Program-made: the position numbers and the translations under genes
Part shown: positions 41,933 to 57,089 of the stretch, piece by piece
Position numbering within the stretch: the stretch's first letter is position 1
How the letters are laid out: each line of letters opens with the position of its first letter
Origin: the human T2T-CHM13v2.0 reference genome, Homo sapiens
Strand: one strand, 5' to 3'
DNA length: 64,000 bases
Assembly (NCBI RefSeq): GCF_009914755.1
Contig: NC_060930.1
Notes under the pieces: generated by a model
Databases searched by the model: none
What the model was told of the DNA's origin: nothing
What the model saw: the letters and a program-made list of their open reading frames with translations, nothing else

Positions 41933-42224
41933 TTTTTTTTTTTTTTTTTTTGAGACATGATCTTGCTCTGTCACCCAGGCTAGAGTACAGTGGCACAATT
42001 ATGGCTCATTGCAGCCTCAACTTTCAAGGACTCAAGCAATCTTCCCACCTCAGCCTCCTGAGTAGCTGGGACTATAGGTACATGCCCCAGAATTTTTTAT
42101 TTTTTTGTAGAGACAAGGTCTCACTGTATTGCCCGGGCTGGTCTCGACTCCTGGACTCAAAGGATCCTTCTGCCTCGGCCTCCCAAAGTGCTGGGATTAC
42201 AGGCATGAGCCACCATGCCTGGCC
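41933..42224 (-). mobile_element. Alu (AluJ-like)
   Basis: Poly(T) then reverse Alu body. Confidence 0.94.
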
Positions 42225-42299
42225 TCAGATGTTTTTTAATATATTTGGCTTCTCTTTACAATCTTTCCTCTATCATTTTATTGACTTTCTAGCAGATCC

Positions 42300-43870
42300 A
42301 TGCTGGTCACTGCAAATATAATGATGAATAAGACATAGCCCTCAGAGTCTATGGTCTAGAGCTAGACAGGTGAAAAATAATTTTACACCAGATCTATGGT
42401 CAAATATGGACAAAGCACTAGCAAGCAGAAGCAAGGAGATGACTAAGTGTGCTGGTGAGAGGGATATGGGAACACAGTAAGAAAAACTTCATACTGGAGA
42501 TGATCTTTTATGTCTTGAAACATGTGCAGAAGTTCATCTAATAGAGAAATTGAAATGTGACATCAGAGGCAGAGGAAATAGCAACTGTAAATGCACCAAA
42601 GCATAAAGAAACCAGGTATATTCTGGGAATAAATAAATGTTGGTATTACTAATGTATACCCTAAAGCACTGGGAAGTCATCAAAAATTTCTAAGTTTGGG
42701 AATGACATGATTAGATTTGTCTTTTAGAGAAACAACTTTGGAACCAGTGTGGAGAATGGTGGGGAGTTGAGTGGAGACTTCGGGCAAGGACATCAGTCAA
42801 GAGTTGACTGCAATAGTTCAGGGAGATATGATGAAGAACTGAATTGGGCAGAGGTGGTGGGTTGGAGGAGGCTGATTACAGAGATATTTAAGAAGAAGAA
42901 TTGACAGAATTTGGGAATCGGTTATATGTGTCAGTGTGATGAGAAGGTGAGAAAGGAGTGAAGGGTGAGTCCAAGGTTCTAGCTTGGATGTCTATAGTGA
43001 TAGTGGGGCTTTGCATGGAAAGAAGGTAGGACAAACAAGTCTTGAGGGAAAAGTATGATTGTAAACATGTCTAATTTGAAGTTTCTTTGGGCTATTTATG
43101 CAGAGATATCTAGTATATAGTGTATAGAAGTAGGAAACTAGAGCTTCTACTACAGAATAGTAGTCAAAGAAATCAAAGTAGATAAAACACTCAGTCTTTG
43201 CAAAGTATATGGAGTAACAAGGGAAATGAGAAAGTCTTGCTTAGTTCATTTTGTTCTACTATAACAGAATACCACAGACTGGGTAATTTATAACAAGCAG
43301 AAATTTTTTGCTCATGGTTCTGGAAACTAGGAAGTCTAAGATCAAGCCATGGCCTTCTTGCTGCAACAGCCCATGGTGGAAGGGCAAAGACAGACAAGAG
43401 ACCGCACAAGAGAGGGACAAAGGGGGCTAACTAATCCTTTTATAAGGAGCTCACTCCCAAGATAACAAACCCACTTTCTCAATAACAGCATTAATCCATT
43501 CATGAAGGCGTGGCCTAATCACCTCTCCTTAGGTCTCAACACTGTTGCACTGGGGATTAAGTTTCCAATACTTGCTCTTTGGGGGGGACACATTCAAACT
43601 ACAGCAAAGCCCTCTGACAGAACACCGCACTGCAACATTTAATAAGGCTGATTGGGGGACAGAATCAATGATGGAGACTGAGGAGTAATCGGGCAAGTAG
43701 CAGAGAAACCAGGGGCAATTGGAGTCAAGAAATCCAAGGGAGTAGAATATTTCAAGGAGGAGAAAGTTCAAACACAATAGAAAAGTCACATTAAATGAGA
43801 AAATTTTAAATGTCTACTGAAATTGCCAATTGATAGATCATTGAGGCCTTTTACATGAATAATTCCAGGG
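42300..43870 (-). mobile_element. L2 LINE fragments (interrupted by a MaLR LTR)
   Basis: Degenerate L2-like segments: gaatgacatgattagatttgtcttttaga, gcaatagttcaggga, gagtccaaggttctagcttg. Confidence 0.55.
43235..43605 (-). mobile_element. MaLR LTR (MLT1A/MST-like)
   Basis: ctataacagaataccacagactgggtaatttata...ggaagtctaagatcaag...gggattaagtttccaa...gacacattcaaactacagca. Confidence 0.85.
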
Positions 43871-45232
43871 AGACTGAGATGTTAAAACCAGATTCCATTA
43901 AAACAAAAGGTAAAGAACTTGACATTTCTAACATAGATTAATCTTTATGAATTTCAAGCTGGGCATGGTGGCTCAGGAAGCCTAGTCAACTTATTACATT
44001 AATATTAATAATGATAACTGTGATCCTCTTAAGTGATTATGGAGTACTCATTATCTGTCAGGCATTGTGCTAAGCGTTTCACATGCATGGTCTTGTTTAA
44101 TTCTAGATAATTTAGATGACTCCACAAGAGTCTTTCTTGAATCACAAATTGCTAGTCTTCTGCACAAAATATCCAACTTGATTATCTGTACTTTAAGAAT
44201 AAGAACTGCGTCTTATAATTCCCTTCTTTTGTGCCATCTGGTAAAGTTTTGGGGACATAATAGAAACTCAATATCCTTTAAAACTCTTGATAACATACCA
44301 AGTTCTTGCTATACACATAACTTTGTATTGGACAATAGAGAGGATTTTTTTTTACACTACCCAATTCTATACAAATTTGGAACCTTATTGGAGACACAAA
44401 GCATGCAGGTGAAAATTTAAATTATAGCTCTAAACATCAATTAAGTGCTACTACATTTATAATAGTAGTACATGAGTGCAGTAAAAAAGAGATTGCTATG
44501 AGCTAATGTCATGAAACAAATATTTATGCAGCTGGTAGAAGTTAAATTAGGGCTTGAATATTCTGACAGGCAAAGACAAGGCTTTCCAGGAGGTGGAAAT
44601 GCCTGAGCAAGGGAATGGTCATGCATCTCACGAGAGCCAAGAGTTCACAGCCAATGATTTATTTAGCAAAATCTTCAACCCTACTGTTCTTTGCCCCCAG
44701 TTCAGCCCATTTCCAGAATATATTTTTTCCTTCCTTATATTTCCTTAATTCATCTCTTTGTCTACTTCTCATGGTCACAAGCTCTGTTATCCTATCCTAT
44801 TTCAACTACGACCACCTCCTCATCACTCAACTCACACTATTAGCACCGCTAAGAATCCACAGTTCTACTTCTGAAGTCGCTTTGGATTTCCTAGCACTCT
44901 GCACAACAGGACACATAGACTACCAGATACCATCCCCTGCGTCTGGCATTTCTCGTTCTTCACTCTAACTCACTGCTGTTTTCCCCACACAAATGTGCTC
45001 CAAGACCTCCTAAAGCAAACTATACATTGTCCTCTTCCAAGCCTCCCCTGGCTCAAAGTCAATCTTAATGCACAAGGCTCTAAATCATAATTTACAGCTT
45101 GGAAACCATTAATCCTGTACAGAAGGAACTGAGTTTACTGCCAATGAGTTGTTCAAATACTAAGATAGATTCTGGTTCTATATGAATTTTTATTTAAGTT
45201 CCCTATAAAAATGTTTGTAATAGCACCAGAGG

Positions 45233-45258
45233 GTGTGTGTGTGTGTGTGTGTGTGTGT
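45233..45258. repeat. (GT)n microsatellite
   Basis: Direct observation. Confidence 0.93.
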
Positions 45259-46094
45259 ACATATACATATACACACAAACACGCTATCTCTCTCTCTCAA
45301 AGTGGGGAGGAGTGGGTGTTGAAGAATGACAGCTCCTTGAGGACAGGACACACTTTTGTTCAACTCGACTTGAACTGTATTAGCAAGGGCATGAGAGGAC
45401 TTAAGAAACAATACAAAATAAGGCAGATAGGTATGTTCTTCAAGCTATCCTTTGATCCTGGATTCTAAAGACTAAAATACAAACTAAGGTTGGAGGGCCC
45501 AAATTTTCTTCTCTGAGTCTCAGAGATTAGGTCTATATATTTTAGAAATGTAATAGTACCTTCTTAAAAAATTACTTGGTAATTAACCTGACTGAAAGCT
45601 CTGGCTAAAATACTGTGGCTCCAGCTTAGAATACTCTATGGTTGTAGCCAATGCTAGAAAAAACACACTTTCAGTTCTAGGCTCTGTTCTCTCACTAAAT
45701 TTCACTTTGGCTGTATGCTGATCATTTGATCTCATTTGGAGACGACCAGCAGTCACATATACACCATGAAGTGACAATCACAATGCCAAATCTAAGTTAT
45801 TTCATTTCAAATAAGCATTGGACTATTATTACTAATTTAATAAGCAGGAAATGCCCATGTGTCTTATGTACTATGCTGGACACAACTTGCATGGAGATAA
45901 ATATAACATTACTAATAAGTACAAGATCCTCAAAGTTCACACTCTGAGATGTAAATAATGAATGACAGCACAATTTTTAAGAGTAAAGAAATTGACAAGG
46001 CAACGGAAGAACACCAAGTAGGAAGTGAAGATAAGAATCTGCCTTGAAGAATTGTAAAATGATGCGCAAGAAAGTGACACTTAAAGTAGATCTT

Positions 46095-46441
<347 letters not shown>

Positions 46442-46752
46442 TTATTTGCCAGACACAGGTGACAAATTACCTCATTGTTGCCACCATTTTAGACATGGTG
46501 AATCTGAGGCAGGACAACTAAAGTCACCTGCTAGAATGCCACACAGCCAGCTTCAAACACAGCTTTGTATGTTTTGTCCAATGTACAAGCTCCCTTCTAA
46601 AGGCAAGGAAGCCTTCTTTAGGTGGAAAAGTGAAATAATCTTTATTGCACTTAAAGTTTCCTAAAAATTACCTCTTACGAAATATTTACTTATAATGATT
46701 AACAGTTTATGGTTGTAGCTGTAAGTTTCTATCTGCCCATACAACGCTTTTA

Positions 46753-47163
<411 letters not shown>

Positions 47164-47197
47164 GCTTTTAAAACCCAGTCCATTAAAAAATGCCCAG

Positions 47198-47615
<418 letters not shown>

Positions 47616-48027
47616 TCAAGGTCTATGTAAGAGATATGCAAAACTTCAAAAATGTTGCAAAATGTTGTGTCTATGTGCATTTTCCTGGGGAAAAGAGTCA
47701 GGAGCTTTTATGAATCTTAAAGGGGTTTATAAACCTCTACCCCAGAAAAGGCTATGAAGCAAGAATCTACAAACTTCTGCTAAGCTTTTTAATGTTTTCC
47801 AAAAGGAAAAATACTTTTGTAAATTTAAGTTTCACATACAAGGAAATCCATTTCATATGTAACAGGGAAGAAGATTCATATATTCTACTATAAGGTAACA
47901 ACTTGATAAGGAGACACCGAAGTGACCCTTTCCCATGTTTCTAATAACTATTCAGGATGTTAACAGTGAAAGGACCATTTAGAAAGCTAATTTCCTTTTC
48001 ATCATGCTTGTTAAGTGTTTACTTTAA

Positions 48028-48105
48028 TTCACATCCTGTGTGACCCTATGGGAAAATTTTTAACTAATACTGGGGAAAATCCCATAGGGTTACACAGGAT
48101 GTGAA
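48028..48105. repeat. Inverted repeat, 26-bp arms (25/26 match), 26-nt spacer
   Basis: ttcacatcctgtgtgaccctatggga ... tcccatagggttacacaggatgtgaa. Confidence 0.95.
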
Positions 48106-48632
48106 CAGGGCCTGTACTGAACTACCTTCAGCTTGAAAAATAAAATTAGATAGGTGAGTTTCACTTTCTGTTTGTCATAAGTTCCACTTTCTGGCTCCCA
48201 AAGCTTAGATCCACAGTACATCCATGTCCGTGCAATAAAATCCCAAGATTCTCACTCTCTGTTAAAGGAAGGATTTCGGCGTGTTGTATAGCAAAATCCT
48301 TTCAGCAGAAAAATGCAAATCTGTGGTGCTAATCAAGGAGAGGCGGCTGGAGCACTCCCAAATGCTCCTCCATACCTGGGCTCACACACAGTTCAGCTGC
48401 CGTTTTCCATTTCCTGTGGGGAACATACATCATACCACTTCCCCTATAGAAAAAAGAAAGCAGCCCGATTTAATTGCTGATGGAAACATTGTCATACTTT
48501 CCACTGGCCAAGCTTGAAACTATTACTGATCTAACCTTCATTAATTTTTCCACAACAATTTGCAGAAATGTCAGGAAGCAGCTGTACGAAGACTGATTAA
48601 TTGTCCTTATCACCACTACTTTACCAGGCTCG

Positions 48633-48636
48633 CTCT

Positions 48637-48675
<39 letters not shown>
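48633..48675. repeat. (CT)n microsatellite
   Basis: Direct observation. Confidence 0.93.
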
Positions 48676-48679
<4 letters not shown>

Positions 48680-49744
48680 CCTCACCACCTCCCCTCCCTC
48701 TCTTCCAGTTTAAAAATATAATTGGGATTTTTCTGTTTTGGTTGGTATTGGTGGTGGTATATCATACTCTGAAATATCCAGATCTATTTTTGATGTCTTT
48801 CAATGGCCCAAACATTTTCAGATCTGGAGGAGACCCCATGAAGTTTGGGACAGCATCCACGAAGGAAAAGGTTGCTTCCTGCTGATTACTCAGTTATAGC
48901 TGTTTAAACAGACGTTCATGAATTCAAGTCTTACAGCAACACTGCATTTATTAGTCAATCACAGACGCTAAAATTCACTTCCGAAATGTGAATTAGAAAA
49001 TCAAATGCCCTTTTTTTATTTTTTTTTCACTTTCTTTTCTCCCTCATCATTTTCATTTGAGCTATACCATCTGTCCCAGCCTATCAAATAATGTACTGTG
49101 CATGCCTGGCAAAAACAAGTGGAACAGTACACCTCATAACCCCATGTAGGCAACCACTGAGCATCTATAAAAGTGGTACATAACAGAATCTGGCCATCTG
49201 GGGATAACTAGTTATAGCAAGCTTAGCTTCTCAGCCAGCACTCAGATTTGCAGACTTTTAACTAGTTGGCAAAGCATCAACCAGTGTTCAAGAAGAGAAA
49301 CACTAACAAACATTTTTTTTTTCAAAACACAAGAATTCAGATATAAATTTTCAAAGGTGTACTTGCCAATGTTGCTGACAAGAAGGCTTCAAAAGCAAAG
49401 ATCAAGGCACTGTCATGTCCTTGAAATGGAGCCAGAGTCAATCCAAATCTAGCATTTTGCAGCATTACTAAACTTTTTGGGTATGAACATATTTTTCCTT
49501 CCCCATATTGCCTGAATATATACAAGCAAGGGATTAAAGCCGAACAGACTTTGAACCAAATGACATAGTACCTTTCAGAGACAGCTCCAGCAGACTGGGA
49601 AGAGTTCCTCCTAGGACTACATTTAAAAAAAAAAAAAATCCAAAGGCTCTTCATCCCAGATACACTCATTCGTAGTCTAACCCCGAACCAAAGAAAGACA
49701 GATTGGACAACTACGGCTTAAAGCATTAAAGTAATAACTGGACA

Positions 49745-49965
49745 TGTAGCATAGTGGCCCAGATCATGGACCATGGAGCCAGAATACTTGCTTTCAGTCC
49801 CATCTCTGCCACTTGCCAGACATACAAATATTCAGGCAAGTTACCTAACCTCTCCGTGCCTCAGTCTTTTCATCCAGAAAATGGGGATACAAATAATATT
49901 GTTAACAGAATTATACAGCATTTAAAAATGGCACGAGGAAGTGAACTCTAAATGCTAGCTGTTAA
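49745..49965 (+). mobile_element. MIR SINE
   Basis: gtagcatagtgg...ggcaagttacctaacctctccgtgcctcagt...aaaatggggata. Confidence 0.8.
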
Positions 49966-50536
49966 CTGTATATTTTTCTGTTGATATTTCAGGTATCTAT
50001 TAGCCTAATAGTGAGGAGGAAATAATGTGACACGAGTTCCTAAATTAATTTAACAAAGCCCACTGGGTTGGCTGAAAGATTTCCCCTGATAATACTCACA
50101 TTGCTTGAAACACCACCACCAAAACTAGGTCAAGCAATCAAGGCTAAATATTCTATTGTTTCTGTTGACTATCCCCTAGCTGTCACAGGACAGCATGCCT
50201 TGTGATGCCATGGGACATAGAGGCAGGCATGGCTGGAGATGACCACACCTCACCACCACCTCCAGGCCTGGAAAGCAGGGGTGGGGAGAAAGCCACCACA
50301 GACCAGCAAAGTGCAAACAAAGACAGAAGCTGGCTTGGACTTCGTCATAATCAAAGTACTCATCAAAGAAGCCAAAGGCACTCATTCCCTTGGCACTAAG
50401 ACCAGGGTTGAGGTGCCAGGAGGCCACACAGTGCAGGAAAGACGCTACTTTTAATTCCGGCTCCACCATATGACCTTAAGTAACTCTCACACTCTAAAGC
50501 CTTAATCTGCAGTAAAACACAGGATTTCGTCTACAT

Positions 50537-51002
50537 CAGACCTTTTGAGTCTTTTGGCTGCCATGACCTCCTTGGCAGTCTGATGAAGCCTGTGGGCTCA
50601 TTCTTAGCAGAATGTTTTAAACTACACTGGATTACAAAGGAAACCAATTACCATGAATATAGGTATCTCAAAATAACTTTCAAAGCAAACTTGTTGATAG
50701 TAATATACATAATTCTTTATTAATAATTAAAAACAAGATATAGTGCAGGTCTAATATTCACCATAATTCGGAGTAGTCATAATCATAAAGACACTTTGAG
50801 ATATGAATCACAATGGTAATGTGATATGAAACTGTCTGTGATTTCTATTGGTGACAACATCACTGACACTGCTGAAACTACTGTCATTTGTTGCTTACAT
50901 GAATAATGAAGGAAGTGCTAAACTTCAGTTAGAGATTAATGAAACAGTTTTTTTCTCAACCAAATTTTCTGAATTCTGTCCATTTGTGGTTAAGAGCCCC
51001 AG
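50537..51002. mobile_element. hAT-Charlie non-autonomous element (Charlie4a-like)
   Basis: ttggcagtctgatgaagcctgtgg...gattacaaaggaaaccaatta...gtgatttctattggtgacaa...ggttaagagcccc. Confidence 0.7.
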
Positions 51003-53639
51003 CCTAGGTAAATAATAAATCCCTTTATAATTCCATTATCTCAGATCAATGATTGCATTGTGTCCCTGGCTCCCTCCACAGAGAAGATTCACAAAGAGAA
51101 ATAAAGCAATTCCTATTCTTTCCAACTGTGTGGAGAAAAACAGATTTACAGGATAGAAGTGTCTTTCCTCATCCCTCTCCAAGTGAGGGAAGGAACACTT
51201 ATTGACTTGGAAATGAGTTACCCAAACACTATCAAGCCCTACCAGCCTACAGGCAAATACATAAGAAGTGACATTAACACCAATTAACCACAGCTCCTGT
51301 TCCAGCCCCACCTGCTCACACAGGACCTCCAGTCCCCTTAAAAAGTCCCAACTAAGTATATCTAGGATTCCAGCAAGGGAGACTTACAAGAGCCCACAGG
51401 CAGTCTGACAGCCAGTCACAACACCATCTGCCATGGCTTCTTTCCTGCACCAGCTCCCCCTAGCGTCCTCAGGAAGGAACCCCTCTGCCGCCTCTGCAGA
51501 TGGCGCCCTCAGTAAGAATCCTAATGCCCAGTTGCCCCCACAGACAGCAGAGTCCATACTTCCAGGAAAGAGGGGTCCTTGCCATGGGTCCCACACTTTA
51601 GAAAGCCTGCATATCACAAACAAGCACAAATAAATTCACTGAAAAATCCACAGCACCTTTATCATAGGCATCCAGATGTCCTGTAACCCTAAACCCCGCG
51701 ACAACGGTTTAAGCCCCCAGGGAAATGCTTCTCTTGCCCAATCTCTTTGCACCAGTCAAAGAGTGACTGAGTTGGAATGCCCTGAAGGTTCGTGGATTGT
51801 GACATTGCAGTGTGGAGTTAGACATCATTTCCAAAGCAGAGAAGATTCAAGCAGCATTAATGCTTAGGTAAAAGAAAAGACTTAAGAGTCATTTCTCTCA
51901 GATGGTGTGGACGCAACAGATTCTCGCATAACAAGTGTAACCATGCCAAGCATCCCTTTCCTGGTTTCTCTTCGTGCTCTGATCAGTGGTTCTAGAATCG
52001 TTAATAATTAGAGCAGCATTTGGAACAATTGCACATGGCACTTGAAGAGTGTTTCGCAATTAAACAATTCTTATTCTTAAATTTGTAAAGATGTAACCTG
52101 CATGAAGCATGATGCCAATTCTTTACATTAGCAACTAAAATGGACACTAAAAACAAACTTGTGAATAGTTTTGTTTCTGTAAAAACAGCTGAGGATTTAA
52201 TTCAATTTCAAAAAAATATTAAAAAGCTTCAGCAGCATTTAAATAATTTTGAATTTTAAATGTTTTATTCATTCATTTTAATATAGATTTATTTACCTTT
52301 CAGTTTTAACATGTGATTTTGGATATTTTGTAAGAAAAATCCTTTTTTTAAATAGCTTAATTTAAAACATTTTTATACTTATTCTAATTTACATATATGA
52401 TGAAAATATACTAATATTTTGTATATGTTGAATACAATTACATTACATGCTTAAATCCTTTAGGTCCCGAGAATGAGTACATGTTGACACCTTAGTATAT
52501 ATAATTGCTTTTTTGGAGTTCAAAAACTTAAAAAGCAGAGATTTTTAAGAAGCAGTAGAAAATCTGAAAAGAGTCAGTCTGTTTAAATTTTAAAGCTGCA
52601 AATAATGAAAGTAAGCAGACTTGTCAAGCATGACCCATATAAAATTCACTAACAGGACATTAGAAATTATTTATTTAATAAAGATTTAATTACTGTTCAA
52701 AACAATAAAAATGAGCCAGAAAATTATTCTAGTCAAATCCACAACGTGAACTGGTCAGATGAAATCCCTGCAACTTCATGTTCTGTGCAAATAAAGATTT
52801 TATCACTGACCAAATGAAGAATCTTTGTGGGCCTCCATTTGAACTCTTGCCCCAGAGGCCCCATAAATACTGGCAGCAATGACCCTCCCCAGCTGTGTGT
52901 TCGTAAGGTCCAAATCAAGCTTGGCTTATAACCAATTCTCCTTCAAGACTGTCACCAAAGCAGTTCCATCAGGTTTTTTGCTTCCACTCTTCTTCAGAAT
53001 CTCACAAAGTTTATGCCTAATACCTCGTAGCCGTGTAACACAATGGCTCAGATCCAGTCCCAGAGGCTAGGGAGGCAACAGTTACACCCTTAATTGACCA
53101 ACTTGGAAATCTTCTGCCCCATCTCAGCCAGCTACAAAACCATAGCTGAATACCAGTGAGTGATAACACATCTTAGGGGTGAGGGAGGGGTGGTTCTGCA
53201 ATTTGAAACCAATAAAGTCCATACATTTATAGTTCACACCTCTGGAGCTGGTAGAAGGCATTTCCCTACCCGACACTAAAATTCAGGTCAAGTAGGAGGA
53301 AGAATGGCCACAGAGGCCAGAGAGAATGAAGGAAGATTCAGAAAGTGCCTTTTCACATTTTTGCTCATGATCCATTTCTTAAACTTATTGGACAAATCTT
53401 GTAGCAAGTTTTTTTCTTCCTAACAATTTACATGAGCACAATGAACATTTTCCATGGAGCCTGCCCTTCACACTTAGAAGCTTAGAGGAAGGATATTTCC
53501 TAGACATCTGGATTAAGGGACTGACTCCCACAGTAATCCATATCAGTATTTGTTTAAAGATCTCTATGGGGTCTTGATTTTCATGTTTTAAATAGAGAAA
53601 TAATTTTAGAGGTTTTGCAGACACATACTAAAGTCCAAT

Positions 53640-53665
53640 TACACACACACACACACACACACACA
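53640..53665. repeat. (AC)n microsatellite
   Basis: Direct observation. Confidence 0.92.
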
Positions 53666-56600
53666 TCACATACCCCCAAAAGCACGAGGCTGAGTGGTGA
53701 AACAGTGAAGGGTTGAGTTGCTTGCCCAAGCTCTGCAAGCTATTCTATGAAATTCAGAGCAAGAACCTCAGTTTCCTGATGTTTCAACCAATGACCTTTC
53801 CAGTTAATCACTGAGCCCTCCCACCACAGCTAACCACTCACATTGTTGCCATGATATTGATATTATTCAATTTAGAAATCTCTTATTAAGGTTTTGATAA
53901 TATTAGAAAATAAAACTTAGAAATCATTAAGCTATCAAGAATCATTCTTATATTTTATACATTATTATAAAAATGTGTAAGGTCAAACATATCTGATTTT
54001 AATAGACATTACAGAAATTGTACAGAACATTTCCAAACTTAATTCTCTAAGGCATCTCAGAGAGTGTGACTAAAAATGCTATCGTGAGTTAAAAAGATTT
54101 AAAAATGTGTTCTCCAGAAAATGTTAACTAATTGCATCTGTTCTAAAGAATAATTAAAGTGCCAATAATGAATTTAATTAATTAATTTAAGGTGCCAACC
54201 TTAAAATAAAATTGTTTTAATTTTTTCAGCAGACTTTCAACATGCTTCAAACATATGCACATAAAAAGGGCATATGTAAAATAAAAATAATAAATGATTA
54301 TAATTTAATAAATTTAAAATAAAGCAATAAATATCTTCAAATAAATGAATTAATTATCTTCATCCACTAGTTTGCTTCTATATTCTAAGTAAAATCCTAA
54401 GTGAACAGATCTTCCACGCTAAACAGACCAATCATGTTTCTTCAGAAAACACAAATATCATATATCTGATTTAGAAATTTATTTTCAATATCTGAAAAGT
54501 ATCTAAGCTCGTTAAAATAAAATATATCTTATTACATAATTCTTGGTTTAGGAGAAATTTCCGCTATGTGTATGTTTAAATAGCTTAAGAATAAAAACTT
54601 ACATCAAGACTCTTAAACCAAGCTTGTTCTTTAATAAAGGATAAATTATTACCTGGGAAGGGACATATCACTACACTCAGGTTTACTGTGACCTAAGAGA
54701 TTGGCTTAGGTCTCCCCAGTCTCAATGGTCCCTCACAATTCCGACCATGATCACTGGTTGAAATATCTTGCTAGTGCTTCCAAAGGTGGAAGATGTCCCC
54801 ATATTTTGGGGAATTCCCTGAGGATATTTACATGTACAGATGAACAAACATACTAACCCTATCTATCCCAGGTCTTCCCATAGAAAAGGAGAAAATCAGT
54901 CTAATAAAACATTTTACCACTTCAATTCTCAAGGAAAAGGAATCCCAATGTTGTAATAGGTAAAGCCTGATAAGAATGCATGGCAATTTTTTCAGAAGCT
55001 CTGAGAATTTCTACTACCATGAACCTGACAGCTAGATTGTTGTATTCTAGCAGGCTGAGCACATTTTAGGGTTCTAAATGGCAGGGAATAGCTTTGTGGG
55101 GTAGAAACATTAGTATATAATACTCACCTCATAAATGTAATTTCAAACAAGCTGTCTACTCATAAAACAGGAGAGCTGACTTATATTGGCTAGTTTCCTA
55201 TAAGAAGGATGTATTTTATCTAAAATTTTGCCTGTTTTCTCTGCTCAGCTATATCTGTCAGCTGCCGGCCTGGGATAAAACAGGAATTCAGCAAACGTTT
55301 GTGGATTGAGTGATCAAGTGAATGGATGAATGAGTGAATGAATGATTGTAAACACGCTCACTCTCCATACTCATGTACTTTTGTGCCTTTGTGGGGTTTA
55401 GGAGCAATTGCTTCTTCTTCCATTCTACTACTCCTGTTAATTTCTCTCTTGTTATTCCTGTTAAATTATAGGATGGTTTGATATAATTTAAAATACCCCT
55501 TTGTAATAATATGGGTACCTCTGTGAAAGTTCTTTTATCAAGCCCGGTTGGCTATATAATTGCTTGAAAAAACAAAAACCAACTAAACATAACCATGATA
55601 TAAATTTCACCCCTTTACATTTTATAATAATAGGCTGTTCATCTTAACAAAGCAATTTCTGAATTTTTCTTTAACAAGCTCTATTATTATTCCTAAAGTT
55701 TCAATTATTAATAGTATCCCTATCACCTCCTGCTAGCATATTGCACCCCTGCCCTGTGTTTCCTCAGGCTGGGTGTGACAAAGTACGCCTGCATATGACT
55801 GTGTGTTTTGTCTATGTACTGGCACATAAATATCCTTGAGGACAGGAAAAGAACTGGTGTATGTGTCTGTGTGCGCGCACGCACGTGCACGCACTTCCCT
55901 GGATTGTTCTCCATGGAAATCTCCCTCCAGATGGGAAAAGAGCCAAGGAGAGCCCGAGGACTTCCCTGACCCTAAGCCAAGGGTGTGGCAAGTGTGCTCA
56001 CCATTATCAGCTGGTGCCCAAAGGGAAGGAGTGGGAAGGAGGAAGGAGGTAGCAGGGAGGAGGAGGAAAGCTGGTAGTAAGTGTGGAGATCTTTTAATTG
56101 CAAGAAAATAATCTGGGAGCCTAACATTTTTGCAGTATTTTAAAGTGTGCAAAGACTTCACAGGACTAGCACATTCTCAAATGACACCTCTAAGACCAAC
56201 CCAAGCATAAAGATCTTCTGAGGCTTATATAAACTTTGCCCATTAAGGAGAAGTCACAGAAACAGTGCAGGCTTTTCCTCACTGGTGTACTTATGTACTC
56301 AAGATAAGTAATAACCTTTAGAATGTTTTCATCCTGTGTTTGCTGTGTTTTCAGCTATATTTCTATACTGAAACCTCTTCAAATTCACACAGCATTCTTA
56401 AATTGCCAAATCCATTGGTCCTTTCTTAGATCACAACATTGGTGATGACTTTGCGGCATGATACGCTGAACACTCCCTTAAATATAAAGCTCTAAGCTCA
56501 AGATCTGACATACACTAGGCACTCAATAAGTAAGAGCTACTCTTGTCAGCGAGCTCCTCCTCCCTTAGCTTCCTTGAGACTTGCCTCTGTTAGTTTTCCA

Positions 56601-56734
56601 GCTACATTTCTGACAGTTAAAGTACTTTGGAATCTTTTATCTGATCTTCAAAGCCCAGACAAAGTGTTTTCCCCCAATAAACTTCCCCACTTTTGCAGTG
56701 TCAGAATTAATGCCACTCTCTCGTGTTCTCATAA

Positions 56735-57080
<346 letters not shown>

Positions 57081-57089
57081 TGAGAACAT

